64,000 bases of DNA, taken from positions 34,162,001-34,226,000 of the forward strand of contig OZ024743.1 of the NCBI GenBank assembly GCA_964016885.1, given 5' to 3'. Positions 44,530 to 56,837 of this stretch are shown here, piece after piece; within the stretch, counting starts at the first letter, position 1; every line of letters starts with the position of its first letter. The position numbers and the translations under genes are program-made. The DNA is from Eledone cirrhosa (taxonomy: Eukaryota). The notes beneath the pieces were generated by a model. It worked only from the letters and a program-made list of their open reading frames with translations, was not told where the DNA came from and did not search any database.

Positions 44530-46443
44530 TCACTCACCCTTCGTCTCCTGGGGACCAGGCCGCACGATATCCATGGGGGTGTTGGAGGGGTTGTCTGGAT
44601 GGGTGGTGGTTTCCGGCGGGGTGGGGATGGAGATGTTTGGTGGGGTTGGGTCTGGTGGGATGGGGGCGTCTGGGGTGGGGAGACATTTGAGAAGGACGCG
44701 GTTGAGTGGTTTCACGCAGGAATTCCCCACATCCTTCTCAAATGTTTCTTTTAGGGACCTATAAGTTTGTATAGGGACCCTAATCAGTTTTAAGTTCAGT
44801 TTTTTGCTATTTTTAATAGAGTGGGCGAAAGTTTTCCCTTCGGTTTTCACCGAAGGGTCGTTCGTGATGGACTCCATTAGTGTTTTGTTTTCAGTGTTTA
44901 TGTAAGTGTAAGTGTAATTTTCTTGTGTTGTGTTTGTTTTTGTCTGTAGTTCTTGTGTGTGCTTTCGTTTTGTTGTAGGTATTTTGTTTTCAGGAGGTGG
45001 GGGTTTTGTTTGTGATGTTTTTGTTGTTTGTGTTGGTGGTTGTATGTTTGTGGTAGTGTTTGCTGGTTTTTTGCTTTTGTGATGTCTTTTCTTTCTTTTC
45101 GAGCGATGAGGTTCTCCCTCGTCTTCACTGGGTGATGGCGAGATAGCTTCATCTGTTGTATCGTCTGTGTGATTGGGGAGGGGTATGTCTTGGGGAGCTG
45201 TTGTGTCTGTATGTGATTTTGCAGTGGTTTTAGGTGGAGTGGGGTTGGGTGGGACTATGTTTGTTGTGGTTATTTTTGTGTGTTGGTGTTGTTGTTGTTG
45301 TGGTGGTGTTGGTGGTTGTGTTGTTTTGATGGGTGTCGGCAGAAGAGCCTTTTTTATATTCATTAATTTAGGACAGGAAGCACTCAGGTGACCCCTGCTA
45401 AAGCAATGGTAACATGAAGGCCGCCTACCCTCAACCGAAAAGTTTATGTAGGTGAGTCCGTCCAGGAGTACACGTTGTGGGATCATAGCTATTCGCTCTG
45501 GGCTCATTTGCACCAGAACTTCAATGCTAGTCCCATTGAATACATCTCTGGGGGACTTGCCTACTGACAGTATTCTGTCTTCATCAAAATTGATGAAGCC
45601 GCACAGTATCCACCATATGTTCACCTTTGGTGTGACACTCGTGATTCTGATCTTTTGTGTCCTTTTTCCCATGTATGTAGGGAAAAAGGTGTACAGGTTG
45701 GATACAATTGGCGACACAGTAATTTTGGGCCGTCAATTGATCCTTCATGAGTACCGAAATACTCCCAAAAAGTTTGCTTCTTTGAATGAATGCAATATCA
45801 TTCATTGAATTTTTGAAAACCAGTTTAATTTCTTTCTGTGACAATTGGACTGGTTTTCGGGTAGAATTGGAAACTGTCCTAAAAACTATCGTTTTGAGAG
45901 CAGTTTCCTTGCGAATTTCTACCGGAGAATTGATGCTGAAAGCATCATTTTTTTCGAAACTGACATATCTCCTAGCGTCCTTTAAAAGTTGTTCAGCATT
46001 TGTTATGTCGAGATATATCAATTCTTCCTTTTTTTTTACTTTCTCTGCAAAGGAGATTTTGGTTTCTTTGTGGAATACGTATTGGTGGTGTTGTCATTAT
46101 TGTTGTTATTGCTGTTGTTATTCTTGTTGTCACTGATGTTGGTATTATCCGTATTTTCCTTGGTGTTGTTGTTGTCTTTGATGCTGGTGTTATTGGTGTT
46201 GTCCTTATTTTTTTCTTTGTTGTTGTTATCATTGTTGCTTTTATCATCATTATTGGTGTTGCTGTTATTTTTGTTGTCATTGAATTGTTTGGTGTCATTT
46301 GTGTTGTTTGAATATGAATTCGTTTTTACATTTTCATTTCGTCTTTCCATCTCTATAGTATCTAGTGATGAAGACGTTGTTGAATGCGAGCTTTGTAGTC
46401 TTACCGCCTCTCCACCACCATTATCATTGGACGCAGCGTTCAT
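44530..46443 (-). pseudogene. Tx1 ORF1 (gag-like), frameshifted
   Basis: ORF pieces 46036-46443 (N/D/T-rich), 45584-46021 and 44530-45717, with zinc knuckle CYHCFSRGHLSASC and a P/T-rich tail. Confidence 0.85.
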
Positions 46444-46700
46444 AACGTAATCAAAATTTTACAATATTTTTTCCAAGATTCGATGGAGAAAAAATATTTC
46501 AAATAGATATTCCTCCCCTGTGGGGGCGAAAATGAGTTGACCCACGGGGGGTCAAGTTACACAATGATATAAAATTTAACTAAAAACTCACGTTTTTTTC
46601 TTACATAAATTAACGGAAACTTCTCCGCGAAGTTACACACGTCTGATAGAGAGATAGATAAATAGATAGATAGATAGATAGGTAGATAGATAGGTAGATA

Positions 46701-48698
46701 AATATGATTCTTTATTAGCCACAGGGGCACAAAAGAAGGGGACAAATACAAAGGGGGAAGTTTACATACAATAAAAACGTGTAAAATATTATCACAAATG
46801 TAATTTAAAAATTAGTCGATTTTCCCCAATAGCGGGAGACATTTCATATGGGTAACACATACCCCCGAAAAAAAATGTGCAACCCTCATCTCCAGGAGTA
46901 CGAAGAGTTTGTACTCCTTTCCTCTCCTTCTCTTTTTCCTCAACCTACAGGCTGATATAGAGAGAAGGCCCATTCACTCGGGCCATTCTCGCCACTTTCA
47001 CCCACCTTTTATAAAACTTGCTGGGGTACAGCACCGCCCTCTCCATCCTGATTCTTCTTCCAAAGTGGTATTTGAAAAAAAGAATCAGTTATTGGCCGGA
47101 GAGAAAGGTGTCTGACCTCAGCCCTTTCAACCTTGTCCACCATACAACCTCTTTCGCCATAGCTATCACACAAAGGAAAACCGCCTCTCCTTCGTTTTTG
47201 AAGGAGGGTGGTGGTTTGATCATGACAATGGAGTCGGTGGTCAACCGGATTGGTCCCACCCGCGACAATAGTCGTTCTACATAGCCCCACATGTCGGTGA
47301 CGCCCGGGCAGTGTATAAATGTGTGCGTGACGGTTTCTTCGTCTCACACGCACCTCAGACAGATCTTTTTTGCAGGGTCCCTGCTCGGGCGCCCATATCT
47401 GTAGAGCTTGTCTCGAACTGGTAGAGCTCCTCGGTAGCACTGCTAGGCCAGGGACTTTTGGAAGTTGTCCATCGGTCCCGGGCGGAAGGTCCTACCGAAC
47501 AGACTGGCCAGTTCGTCTTCCTCTACGCCCAGAGTTTCACCGAGCACGTCGTGGCACTTGCTGCGTATCAACCCTCTATAGAATGACGAAGTGGAGTCTC
47601 CACTGATCGCCGGGTCCGCCTGCCAGAGAGCTGTGAGCGCCTGAGCACATTCGATGTGCCAGTCGCCCATTTTCCTCGGTCTTTGCTTGACCCAGGACTG
47701 CAGCTCGGTCAGCGAGACGAGTCGTGAGAAGGCTCGCCTCACGAACGGGGTCCACACCGGTTGTCCGGTGAGGAATACGTAGAGATGCCGCAGCCTGAGC
47801 GCGTGTTTGCGCATCGTCAGCCACGGCACCCCCAGCCCTCCGTTGGAAGGGCGTTGGCAGCAGATGGAACTTCTCACCATAGGAGCCCGCCTCTTCCAAC
47901 GGAATTGGAAGAGCGCGCGCTCCATTTTGGCGAGCGTTTTGGCTGGAAAAGGTACGACGGTCAAGCGGTAGTAGATGGCGGACGCTATAAAAGTGTTCGC
48001 CACGTCCGCTCGACCTTTCAAGGATAGTTTGCACTCGGCCCACTTCTGGGTGAGTGCAAACACCTTAGCCGACACCTCGTTCCAGTTCTTCTCCACCTGG
48101 AGGTCTGGACCAAACCAGACCCCGAGCAGCTTTACTGGTCCTTCCGTCCAGCGTCCGACGACGCCATCGGAAGGCATCGGTTTGCCTCTCCACGATCCGA
48201 GTTGCAAACCGATGGACTTGTCCCGGTTCAGCTTCGCTCCTGTGAAACGTTCGTATTCCTTCAGTAAGGTGCCGACTTCCAGGATTTGCGAGGCGCTCGG
48301 CACCATGACTGTCACGTCGTCGGCGTAGGCCAACGCCGCTTTCCGCAGTCCCGGTTCCAGAGGGATGCCCTGCAATAGCTCCAACTTCCGCAGTAGTGGC
48401 TCGAGAGTCAATACGTACAGAAGGGAGGAGAGAGGGCATCCCTGTCGAATGGATCGCGTGAAATGGAACGGCTCCGAGAGGTAGCTGTTCACCTTGACTC
48501 TTGAGCACATGTTGCTGTTGTGCATTGCAGCAATCCAGCCCCTGAAGCACCGCATCCAGGTAACGATGGTCAACACTATCGAAAGCCTTAGACTGATCCA
48601 AGTTGATCAGGGCCCCACCGAAGCCGGGTTTACACCCTACTCTCTCCATGATGTATCGCATGAGGTGGAGGTTGTCGTGTATGGACCTGGTCGGGATT
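46701..48698 (-). mobile_element. Tx1 copy 3 (subfamily B), 5'-truncated, retains YADD
   Basis: ORF 47443-48576 contains IRQGCPLS and AYADDVTV. The 3' 1.5 kb is near-identical to copy 2. Confidence 0.95.
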
Positions 48699-48742
48699 GA
48701 TAGATAGGTAAATAGATAGATTGATTGATAGATAGATAGATA

Positions 48743-49426
48743 AATTTCTTTATTAGCCACAAGGGCACAAAAGAAGGGGACAAATACAAATGGGGAGTTT
48801 ACATACAGGTATATGAAAATAAAACTATTAATACAATAACAAATAACTATTGAAATCCCCAATAGGGGGGGAGGTGTTACACAGGGGTTGTACGCACCCC
48901 GAAAAAATGTACAACCCTCATCTCCAGGAGCACCAACAGTGAGTACTCCCTTCCTCTCTTCCTCTTTTTCCTCAACCTACAGGCTTATATAGAGAGAAGG
49001 CCCAACCACTCGGGCCATCTTTGCCACATTCACCCACCTTTTATAAAATTTGCTGGGGTACAGCACCACTCTCTCCATCCTAATTCTTCTTCCAAAATGA
49101 TATTTGGAAAAACGAATCAGTTGCTCGCCGGAGAGAAAGGTGTCTGACCTCAGCCCTTTTAACCTCGTCCACCATATGACCTCTTTCACCATAGCCATAA
49201 CACATAGGAAAACCGCTTCTCCCTCGTTTTTGAAGGAGGGTGGCGGTTTGATCATGACAATGGACTCGGTGGTCAACAGGATTGGTCCCACCCGCGACAA
49301 TAGTTGTTCTACATAGCCCCACATGTCGGTAACGCCCGGGCAGTGTACAAATGCGTGTGCGACGGTTTCCTCGTCGCGCACGCATCTCGGACAGATCTTT
49401 TTCGAAGGTTCCCTACCTGGGTGCCA
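48743..49426 (-). mobile_element. Tx1 copy 4 (subfamily C), 5'-truncated
   Basis: C-terminal CPRC..EETVAHAFVHC motif and a distinct 3' UTR variant. Confidence 0.92.
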
Positions 49427-49446
49427 GATAGATAGATAGATAGATA

Positions 49447-49634
49447 TATTTCTTTATTTTCCACAAGGGCGCACAAGAAAAGGGGACAATACAAAGACAC
49501 ATGCCGGGGATTTTACATAGAGTCGTGTAAAAATATTGAAACAAACAATTATAACAATCGAAATTCCCAATAGGGGCGAGGCGCCACAAATGGGTTGTTT
49601 AACACCTTGTCGATAGAACAACCCTCAACTTCAG
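49447..49634 (-). mobile_element. Tx1 copy 5 (subfamily A), 3' UTR only
   Basis: Matches about 38555-38742. Confidence 0.88.

Positions 49635-49709
<75 letters not shown>
49635..49709. repeat. (GATA)n tract closing the array; others at 38539-38554, 41211-41292, 46645-46700, 48699-48742 and 49427-49446
   Basis: Seen directly. Confidence 0.95.
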
Positions 49710-49869
49710 GGATTGATATGAAACAGAGAGGGGACATTTGTATCTATCTCACATCAAGATATGAGTCTGTGATTACTAGTATTTGCAGTCAATAATGTTT
49801 ATGTTTTGGCGTCATATAATTATATACATTTCTATAACTATATCTCGTACAATAACTTTATACACTCTC

Positions 49870-49918
<49 letters not shown>

Positions 49919-50042
49919 TATACACATGCTTCATTCACATACACACACACACTCACATATTTGTATCATATGTGTTGTGTGTACATAAATGCATACATAT
50001 GGGTGTCATGTATATTATCTCTTTCTCCTAATTTCGAGTATA

Positions 50043-51050
50043 TTTTTTTTGACCGGCCACCTTCCTGGTGGCAAGGTTGTAAAAGAAAAGAAATTGTCAT
50101 CCCTTGAATCGCAAGAATATTTTGCAAATTTTGAAGGTGCCAGCTATCGCAGCCATTTGTAGACTATGAATTAGCTCATACTTTGGTCCAAGCGGGTTGG
50201 TATATAACCCGTAGCTCCAATAATGATGGGTATGATGCTAAAGGTGTATCTTGGATACTGGATTTGTAAACCCCTCATCAATGGTCCGTAGATGTCCTCC
50301 TTCCCCTGTATTTTTCTGACAACGTTTACATCAAGTGGGAAGCTGATCTCCACAACAGAACACGTTTTCAATGTGTGGTCCCAAACAACAATATCAGGCC
50401 GGTTGTGCTTTAATTTGGTGGCAGTTTTTATTTTCAGGTTCCACCAGTATTCCTTAGTGCCATCTGTCTCAATATATTCTTCCTCGTTTGTTGTTAATTT
50501 TGTTTTCCGAAGTGCGTTCCAGATGGTTCTAGCTATCCCATCGTGTTTCATGGTGAGGTAGTAACGAGATGACATTCTTTCGCAGCTGGCAACAATGTGG
50601 CTTACATCCTCGATCTTTGTTTTACATAGCCTACATTTATTGTCAGCTGCTGGCCCTCCTCTTTTGTGCAGCAGATATTTGGTAGGGAGTTCTTGTTCCT
50701 GTATTGCATAGAGATATCCCTCAAGGTGTGATGTCATAAACTTGTCAGAACTCCATGCCAGGCTTTTTGAGTGGTTTATCCCCTCTATGGTCTGTGTTTT
50801 ACGTCTCAAGTATCCATGCACAACTTTTTCAGTAAATTGGTCAATTTTTTTTATCTTGTTTGAACATTGAATAGTATCTTCCGATTTCTCTGGGTGAGAG
50901 ATTTATATCAGGCTTTATTCCATATCTCTCCTCCAGATCAGTCGCTATTCTAATGATATTTTTTTTTCATGCTCATAAACCTGGGCAAGATGGTTGCCAA
51001 CCTTTTTCCTCTGTTGAAGGTGTTGCTTCAGTGTTACTATCCGGGTCTCA
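50043..51050 (-). mobile_element. R4/Dong-like RLE LINE 3' fragment
   Basis: ORF 50171-50821: AIQEQELPT, CRLCK...HIVASC, HDGIA, HNRPDIVVWD...VVEIS.P, IIPIIIGATG. Short poly(A) at 50043-50050. Confidence 0.88.
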
Positions 51051-51154
51051 TATGTTGTTAATATTGATTTTAGTGGGTGTCATGTATGTATGTATGTATG
51101 TATGTATGTATGTATGTATGTATGTATGTATGTATGTATGTATGTATGTATGTA

Positions 51155-51696
51155 CAACCTGTCCCATGGTCGGGTCGTTGGCGACTAAACTGGCAACCCC
51201 ACCAAGGTTTCTTGGTGAGGAGGGCGACTTTGGACATCCTGCAGGACTAAAAACAAAACCTGTCAAAGGGCAAAGGGGCTCTTAAGAGTCAATGGCCATC
51301 CAAAATCACCGGGAGAGGTGACTCCTTAGCCTTTGTCAAGGCAGAATTCTAGGAGAAGGAAAACTCTGATATAACACCTGCAACCCTGATGGTATCCAAT
51401 AATGTTGACTTGTTCTTCTTTTTGGTAAATATCATCTTGGTTAAGAGAGTGGGACTGGCTTTGTGCTTCACGGCACAGGTATTGTTTTATATCTGGAGAT
51501 CTCTCTGCACTTGTCGTTACATGGTACCATGGGCCCAGCACTATGTGTCAATAATTGCCACAAGTGTAGTGTTTGTACCCGAGATTTCAAGTCGCTGGCT
51601 GGACTAAAAAGTCACACTCGTTCAGCGCATCGGTAGGGGTTCTCCTACACGGATATAAAGTAGTGGCCGTACTCGAAAACGAGTTGGCAGCCACCA
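51155..51696 (+). mobile_element. short RTE-type retroposon, copy 2, between (TATG)n tracts
   Basis: Same sequence and same 3' end (gcagccacca) as 4347-4906. Confidence 0.75.
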
Positions 51697-52289
51697 TGTA
51701 TGTATGTATGTATGTATGTATGTATGTATGTATATATGTATGTATGTATGTATGTATGTGAATGAAAACCTATACGACTGGACTTGTTTCTTCTTTTGCC
51801 ATGCGGATTTTCCTCATGTCTATAGTTGTCCTTTATATTTAGTTTGGATCAATGAAGACATGAAATTTAAAACTTTATACTCCAATTTATTATGCAGCAT
51901 AGATTAAGTAAACATTTAGTTGCAGACTCAACAATCGCATTTTTAGATGTAAACATAGAGAAAACTGTCAACGTATATTACATCAGACTGTACCAAATAC
52001 AGCAATATGTACATGAATTAAGGTCGAGGAATTTCAACGGTTATGTAAAAATCTGTTGTAAGGTCCTCTACTCAGAAGAGACAGCAAATTTTCCTTCACC
52101 AATGAATTATGAGAAAATGAAATTCATAATCTAAAGCGGCGGTTGCCCACCGTTGGTCCACCGACCACTTGTCGTCCGAGAGAAAATTTTGGTGGTCCGC
52201 AGAAAAATGTGGACATTATTTGCAATATCTATGTATTCAGTAGATGTACATGGAAAGTTGACAGTAGTAATCGCAGTGATAGACACATT

Positions 52290-52957
52290 TTTCAAATGCA
52301 GGTGGGTTCTATAGAAGTGGTCGATAGCTTCCGGTACCTAGATGATCAGATTAGCATGGGAGGGGGGGGGGGTGTTCCGAGGCCATAGTATCTAGAATAA
52401 GGACGGGTTGGAAGAAGTTTAGGGAGCTGCTTGCTCTTTTGACAAAGAAGGGTTTCTCCTTGCGTACGAAAGGCCGGTTATATGATGCCTGTGTGATCTG
52501 TGTGAGATGCGCGATGCTGCATGGTAGTGAGACATGAGCAGCAACTACAGAACCCATATGCGACGGCTGGAGAGAAATGAAGCAAGCATGCTCCGTTGGA
52601 TGTGCAATGTCAATGTGCGTGAACGACCAAGCATAGATAAGTTGAGCGAGAAACTGTGTATAAGAGGGATAAGTTGTGGTGTGCAGGAGAGAAAACTGAG
52701 ATGGTATGAACATGTGATGCGCATGGAGGATGACAGCTGGGTAAAGAAGTGCCAAGAAATCCCAGTAGAAGGAAGACGCAGTAGAGGAAGACCACGAAAA
52801 ACATGGGCGGATGTGGTGAGAGCAGACCTCAGATCGCTGAATCTCACGGAGGAGATGACGAAGGACCGTGACAAGTGGAGAGATGCTGTGCTCAATAGGG
52901 CCCGTCCCACCCTTGCAAGCAGGGAAAAGCGGACGTAAAAGGATGATGATGATGATG
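52290..52957 (+). mobile_element. RTE LINE 3' end
   Basis: EVVDSFRYL, LERNEASMLRWMC, RKLRWYEHVMRM, GRRSRGRPRKTW; (GAT)n tail. Confidence 0.9.
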
Positions 52958-54452
52958 AAAACAAAAATAATATTCGGTTAAAATATATTTTATAACCCAC
53001 TAAAATGTTTCTCCTCAGTAACGAACTAACATCCATGAAAGAATTTTACACATATGTATCATCTATCGACAATATGACACACGTACTCTTCAGTTCTGTT
53101 TCGATCATTGACCATTAATTCATGTTAGTGGTCGATGGGATTTAAAATTATGAATTTAGTGGATCAGCGACCGCTGATCTAAAGCAAACAATAGTCTAGA
53201 ACAGAGATATCAAACATACGGCCAACAAACTACTTTACTATGGCTCGTGGTAGAACCATTTCATATTAACTATGGAAGATATGAAACAGAAAATTTGTCC
53301 CACAATTTTGTACTAATTCACATATCTTACTTATTATAATATGAAAAACAATAAGTAGGAGCCTAACTGCTGTATTGCAGGTTAACAATATAAATGATAA
53401 AAATCATCGGCCACCGTCACCTCACGCTCTGCCTCTACCCCAGGATGTAATGGTCCTTTTGAGTCGTTGAGTTTCAGACCCTTTGTCTAGAACAAATTAA
53501 CAGATAATACCAAACTATAGAACATATAGATACATATTTTTGAAGAAAAAATACGCACATTATCTTTCTCCTTAACTATAAACTGCAATCCTGCAAACCT
53601 CTGAATTAAGGTAATATAAAAATTCATATACAAACATGTAAAGTGTAAAATTAGACTATTTGTTAATACAAAACTAGAAGTAAATAATTAGTTGATAATG
53701 CTGCTCGCTTATGCAGATCTTCCTGGAAACTAGATAAATATAGGACATGTATACTATAGTAATAGAAAAATACAATGCAACATTTAGTACAAGCTATCAG
53801 CAAAGATCGTTCACCATGGGTTAGTCAGTTTTCTGAATGCTATGTGTAGGTTGATGTTTAGCTAAGACATTTGAAATCTAGTGATAGACTCTATTCTCAT
53901 GATCCTCGTCTAGAATTATATCACGTCAATAGCAGGAAATCTCGACATTTTCATAAATTTATTTTCTCTATTTTGCTATTGAGCAGTTTTTCTTCGTGCT
54001 TCTAAACTCAAACATGAATATGTGTACATGTACTTCTTTCATTTTGTTTTTATTCACTTTCATCTGTTCTTCTGCAAAATCGTTGATTCCAGCTAGTGTT
54101 CTCTTCAATAACCGACATGACTCACATTAATTGTTTCTTCATACTTTTGCCAAACATGTCACATCAAACGATCAATCAATCTTTTGTATACTCAGAATCG
54201 GAAGATAGTTTTACCAGACTGATTAATCCATCACTCCATACACACTTGAAATAATGATCAATAGAACCACTTATCAACTACCTCACAAACCAGACAATTA
54301 TTAAACGGAGAAGAAATTAGCTTTGGTGGATTTCGTTGTGGTTGTTGAGGAAAGTATAAGACAATAAGGCGTCCCTCAACAACTACTGATGTCCGTCAAG
54401 TATACTGATGTTCACTGTGCAAAAAATCTCTGGATAACAGCTCGAACACACA

Positions 54453-54575
<123 letters not shown>

Positions 54576-54784
54576 ATGGCGGGTGAACAGGGAACTGTAC
54601 AGAAACATTAGTGTCTGCAGTTCTGTTGACATGCCAACACAAGAGCAAGAATGAAGGGTTCATTCTACTGAATTGGCTTTAAAATAAAGAGGCTGTTTGC
54701 ATAATTGCAAACGAATCGAATATTATTATTAATATTCGAAAAACTCAGATTACATTTGTTATATATATATATATGTATATATAT

Positions 54785-54970
54785 GCGAGAAAAACCACAA
54801 ACACTCCACCTCAATTCTACTTTTGAAAAGCACAAGAACTGCGAAACCGGTAAAGGAACAAAATAAATATTTTTAAAAAGACTCCAGTTGCATTTTCGAT
54901 TTCATCTTTTTTCCTTATACTTTCACTCGTGTAGGACACCTCGTTTCTTTTCATTTTGTAACAAAACCTC

Positions 54971-54980
<10 letters not shown>
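54785..54980 (+). mobile_element. family C copy with U3:A8 hammerhead at 54820-54855
   Basis: ctt-TTGAAAA-gcac aagaa ctgc-GAAA-ccgg-TA-aag; TA-flanked. Confidence 0.75.
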
Positions 54981-55057
<77 letters not shown>

Positions 55058-55058
<1 letters not shown>

Positions 55059-55360
55059 GGGTGTGTATGATTGTGTATAGAAGATTATATTAATAAGAGG
55101 AATTCCAACTTTGTCTGATTTACTCGTTTTATTTACAATCCTTTAAAATATATAATGGTATTATAATTGTTTCTACTTTAGGCACAAGGCCAGCAAATAC
55201 CCAGTGCATTACTGGTACTTTATTTTATTGACCTCGTAAGGATGAAAGGCAAAGTCAACCTCGGTATTATAATGAAATAGTATTTGATAGAATATTAAAT
55301 TCTAAGTGTTAATTGAACAAGTACTTTCATGCGTTCGCAATCTTCAGGTTCATAATATGT
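55058..55360 (-). mobile_element. family D copy (hammerhead 55315-55351) interrupted by an S1 SINE
   Basis: SINE at 55168-55262 with TSD ggtattataat (55157-55167 / 55263-55273). The uninterrupted site is at ~30590. Confidence 0.8.
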
Positions 55361-55380
55361 GGTGACAGTCGAGTTTGTAA

Positions 55381-56517
55381 TCTATATATATAAAACTGTG
55401 GTTGTCTGTCTGTCTATCGATTTTTGGCACACATCTCCTCTTAGAATCTCTGACGGAATTGCACCGAAATTGCTATACTTGTACATTGAGCCCTAGCGAA
55501 GACATCGGAAAAAAATATTTCAAATTGACCCACCCTATCTATATATATAAAACTGTGGTTGTCTGTCTATCGATTTTTGGCACACATCTCCTCTTAGAAT
55601 CTCTGACGGAATTGCACCGAAATTGCTATACTTGTACATTGAGCCCTAGCGAAGACATCGGAAAAAAAATATTTCAAATTGACCCACCCTATGTGACGAA
55701 ATCGAATATAATGTATCGATTTTTGAGCGTAAGTTATCAGTTATTTCCCTTTGTTCTGTTTACATTGAGCGTCTTACGTAAAAAATTACGCTGGCTTTCT
55801 CAGCGTTTAAAATGACATTAACACAATACACGAACAGTTGTCGAGCCAGCAAAATATTGACCTGCAAAATTCATCAGTTCGAACACTAAGCTTCCGTTTT
55901 GCTTCATTTCCATTTAAAAGCATTTTAAAACAATATTTTACTTGAAAACAAGTCTATTTAAAGACTACGTAAAACAAGCAAATATTTCGTCGTTAGGCGT
56001 GCAGACAGACAGTCGTGCAGACAGACAGTCGTGCAGAGAGGTGATATACGCGTGCAGACAGACAGTCGTGCAGAGAGGTGATATAGGCGTGCAGACAGAC
56101 AGTCGTGCAGAGAGGTGATATAGGCGTGCAGACAGACAGTCGTGCAGAGAGGTGATATAGGCGTGCAGACAGACAGTCGTGCAGAGAGGTGATATAGGCG
56201 TGCAGACAGACATAACTGATAATTTGGTTACGCTAATGTTTTTCTCTGCGTTGCAGTGTTTACATTTTCGATCTTTGTTAATAAATAACCAGTGCAGTTT
56301 CTATCCCCAGCATCCTCTTTTGTTATAACATTCGGGTTATCGTTATGTTTTCTTAACTTCATAAGGCATATTGTTGGTTGAGGGAATATTAATCAAAAAC
56401 ACCACATGCAAGTCTGCACAGTAGACACTACAGTTTTTAAGCCAAGAAAGAAACTTAACATTGTAACTTTAACACAGCTACTGAGCGACCCCGAGCAACG
56501 CCGGGCTTTACTGCTAG
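55381..56517 (+). mobile_element. non-autonomous Helitron
   Basis: A|TCTATATATATAAAA 5' end, (GTCT) run, 3' hairpin cccgagcaacgccggg and CTAG|T. Confidence 0.88.
55996..56211. repeat. about 37-bp minisatellite inside the Helitron
   Basis: ggcgtgcagacagacagtcgtgcagagaggtgatata repeated about five times. Confidence 0.92.
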
Positions 56518-56531
56518 TATATATATAAAGA

Positions 56532-56569
<38 letters not shown>

Positions 56570-56771
56570 AAAAGGAAGTTTGTATGTTGACCGGTAATAT
56601 CACTAAATAAAATTAATAATAATTAAGGTTTTTCGTGAATTTTCAACTAATCTGACCTCTATCAAGCTCGCCGTCGACTTATTTTCAGACAATAGAATGG
56701 AGTATGAGTGGGGGGAGAATGTGCTGCTGTTTCTAGCACACAGATACTGTCTGGTCGTCTGTTATGCTATC

Positions 56772-56837
<66 letters not shown>

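Larger units (their letters stand above)
41293..46644 (-). mobile_element. Tx1/L1-clade LINE copy 2 (subfamily B), apparently full length but dead
   Basis: 5' UTR, ORF1 (46443-44530), ORF2 from 44496 (APE, RT, C-terminal Cys/His motif). RT core deleted at ~42841. (GATA)n on both sides. Confidence 0.95.

Noticed and set aside
38539-49709. Explaining the whole Tx1 array as simple tandem duplication
   Set aside because: Copies have different 5' ends and three distinct 3'-UTR variants. Only copies 2 and 3 could be related by local copying.
51155-51290. Possible HDV-like ribozyme in the RTE-derivative head
   Set aside because: I could not assemble the nested double pseudoknot by eye.
55996-56211. 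Regular ~37-bp repeats resembling a CRISPR array
   Set aside because: Units are contiguous with no unique spacers, there are no cas genes, and they lie inside a eukaryotic Helitron.
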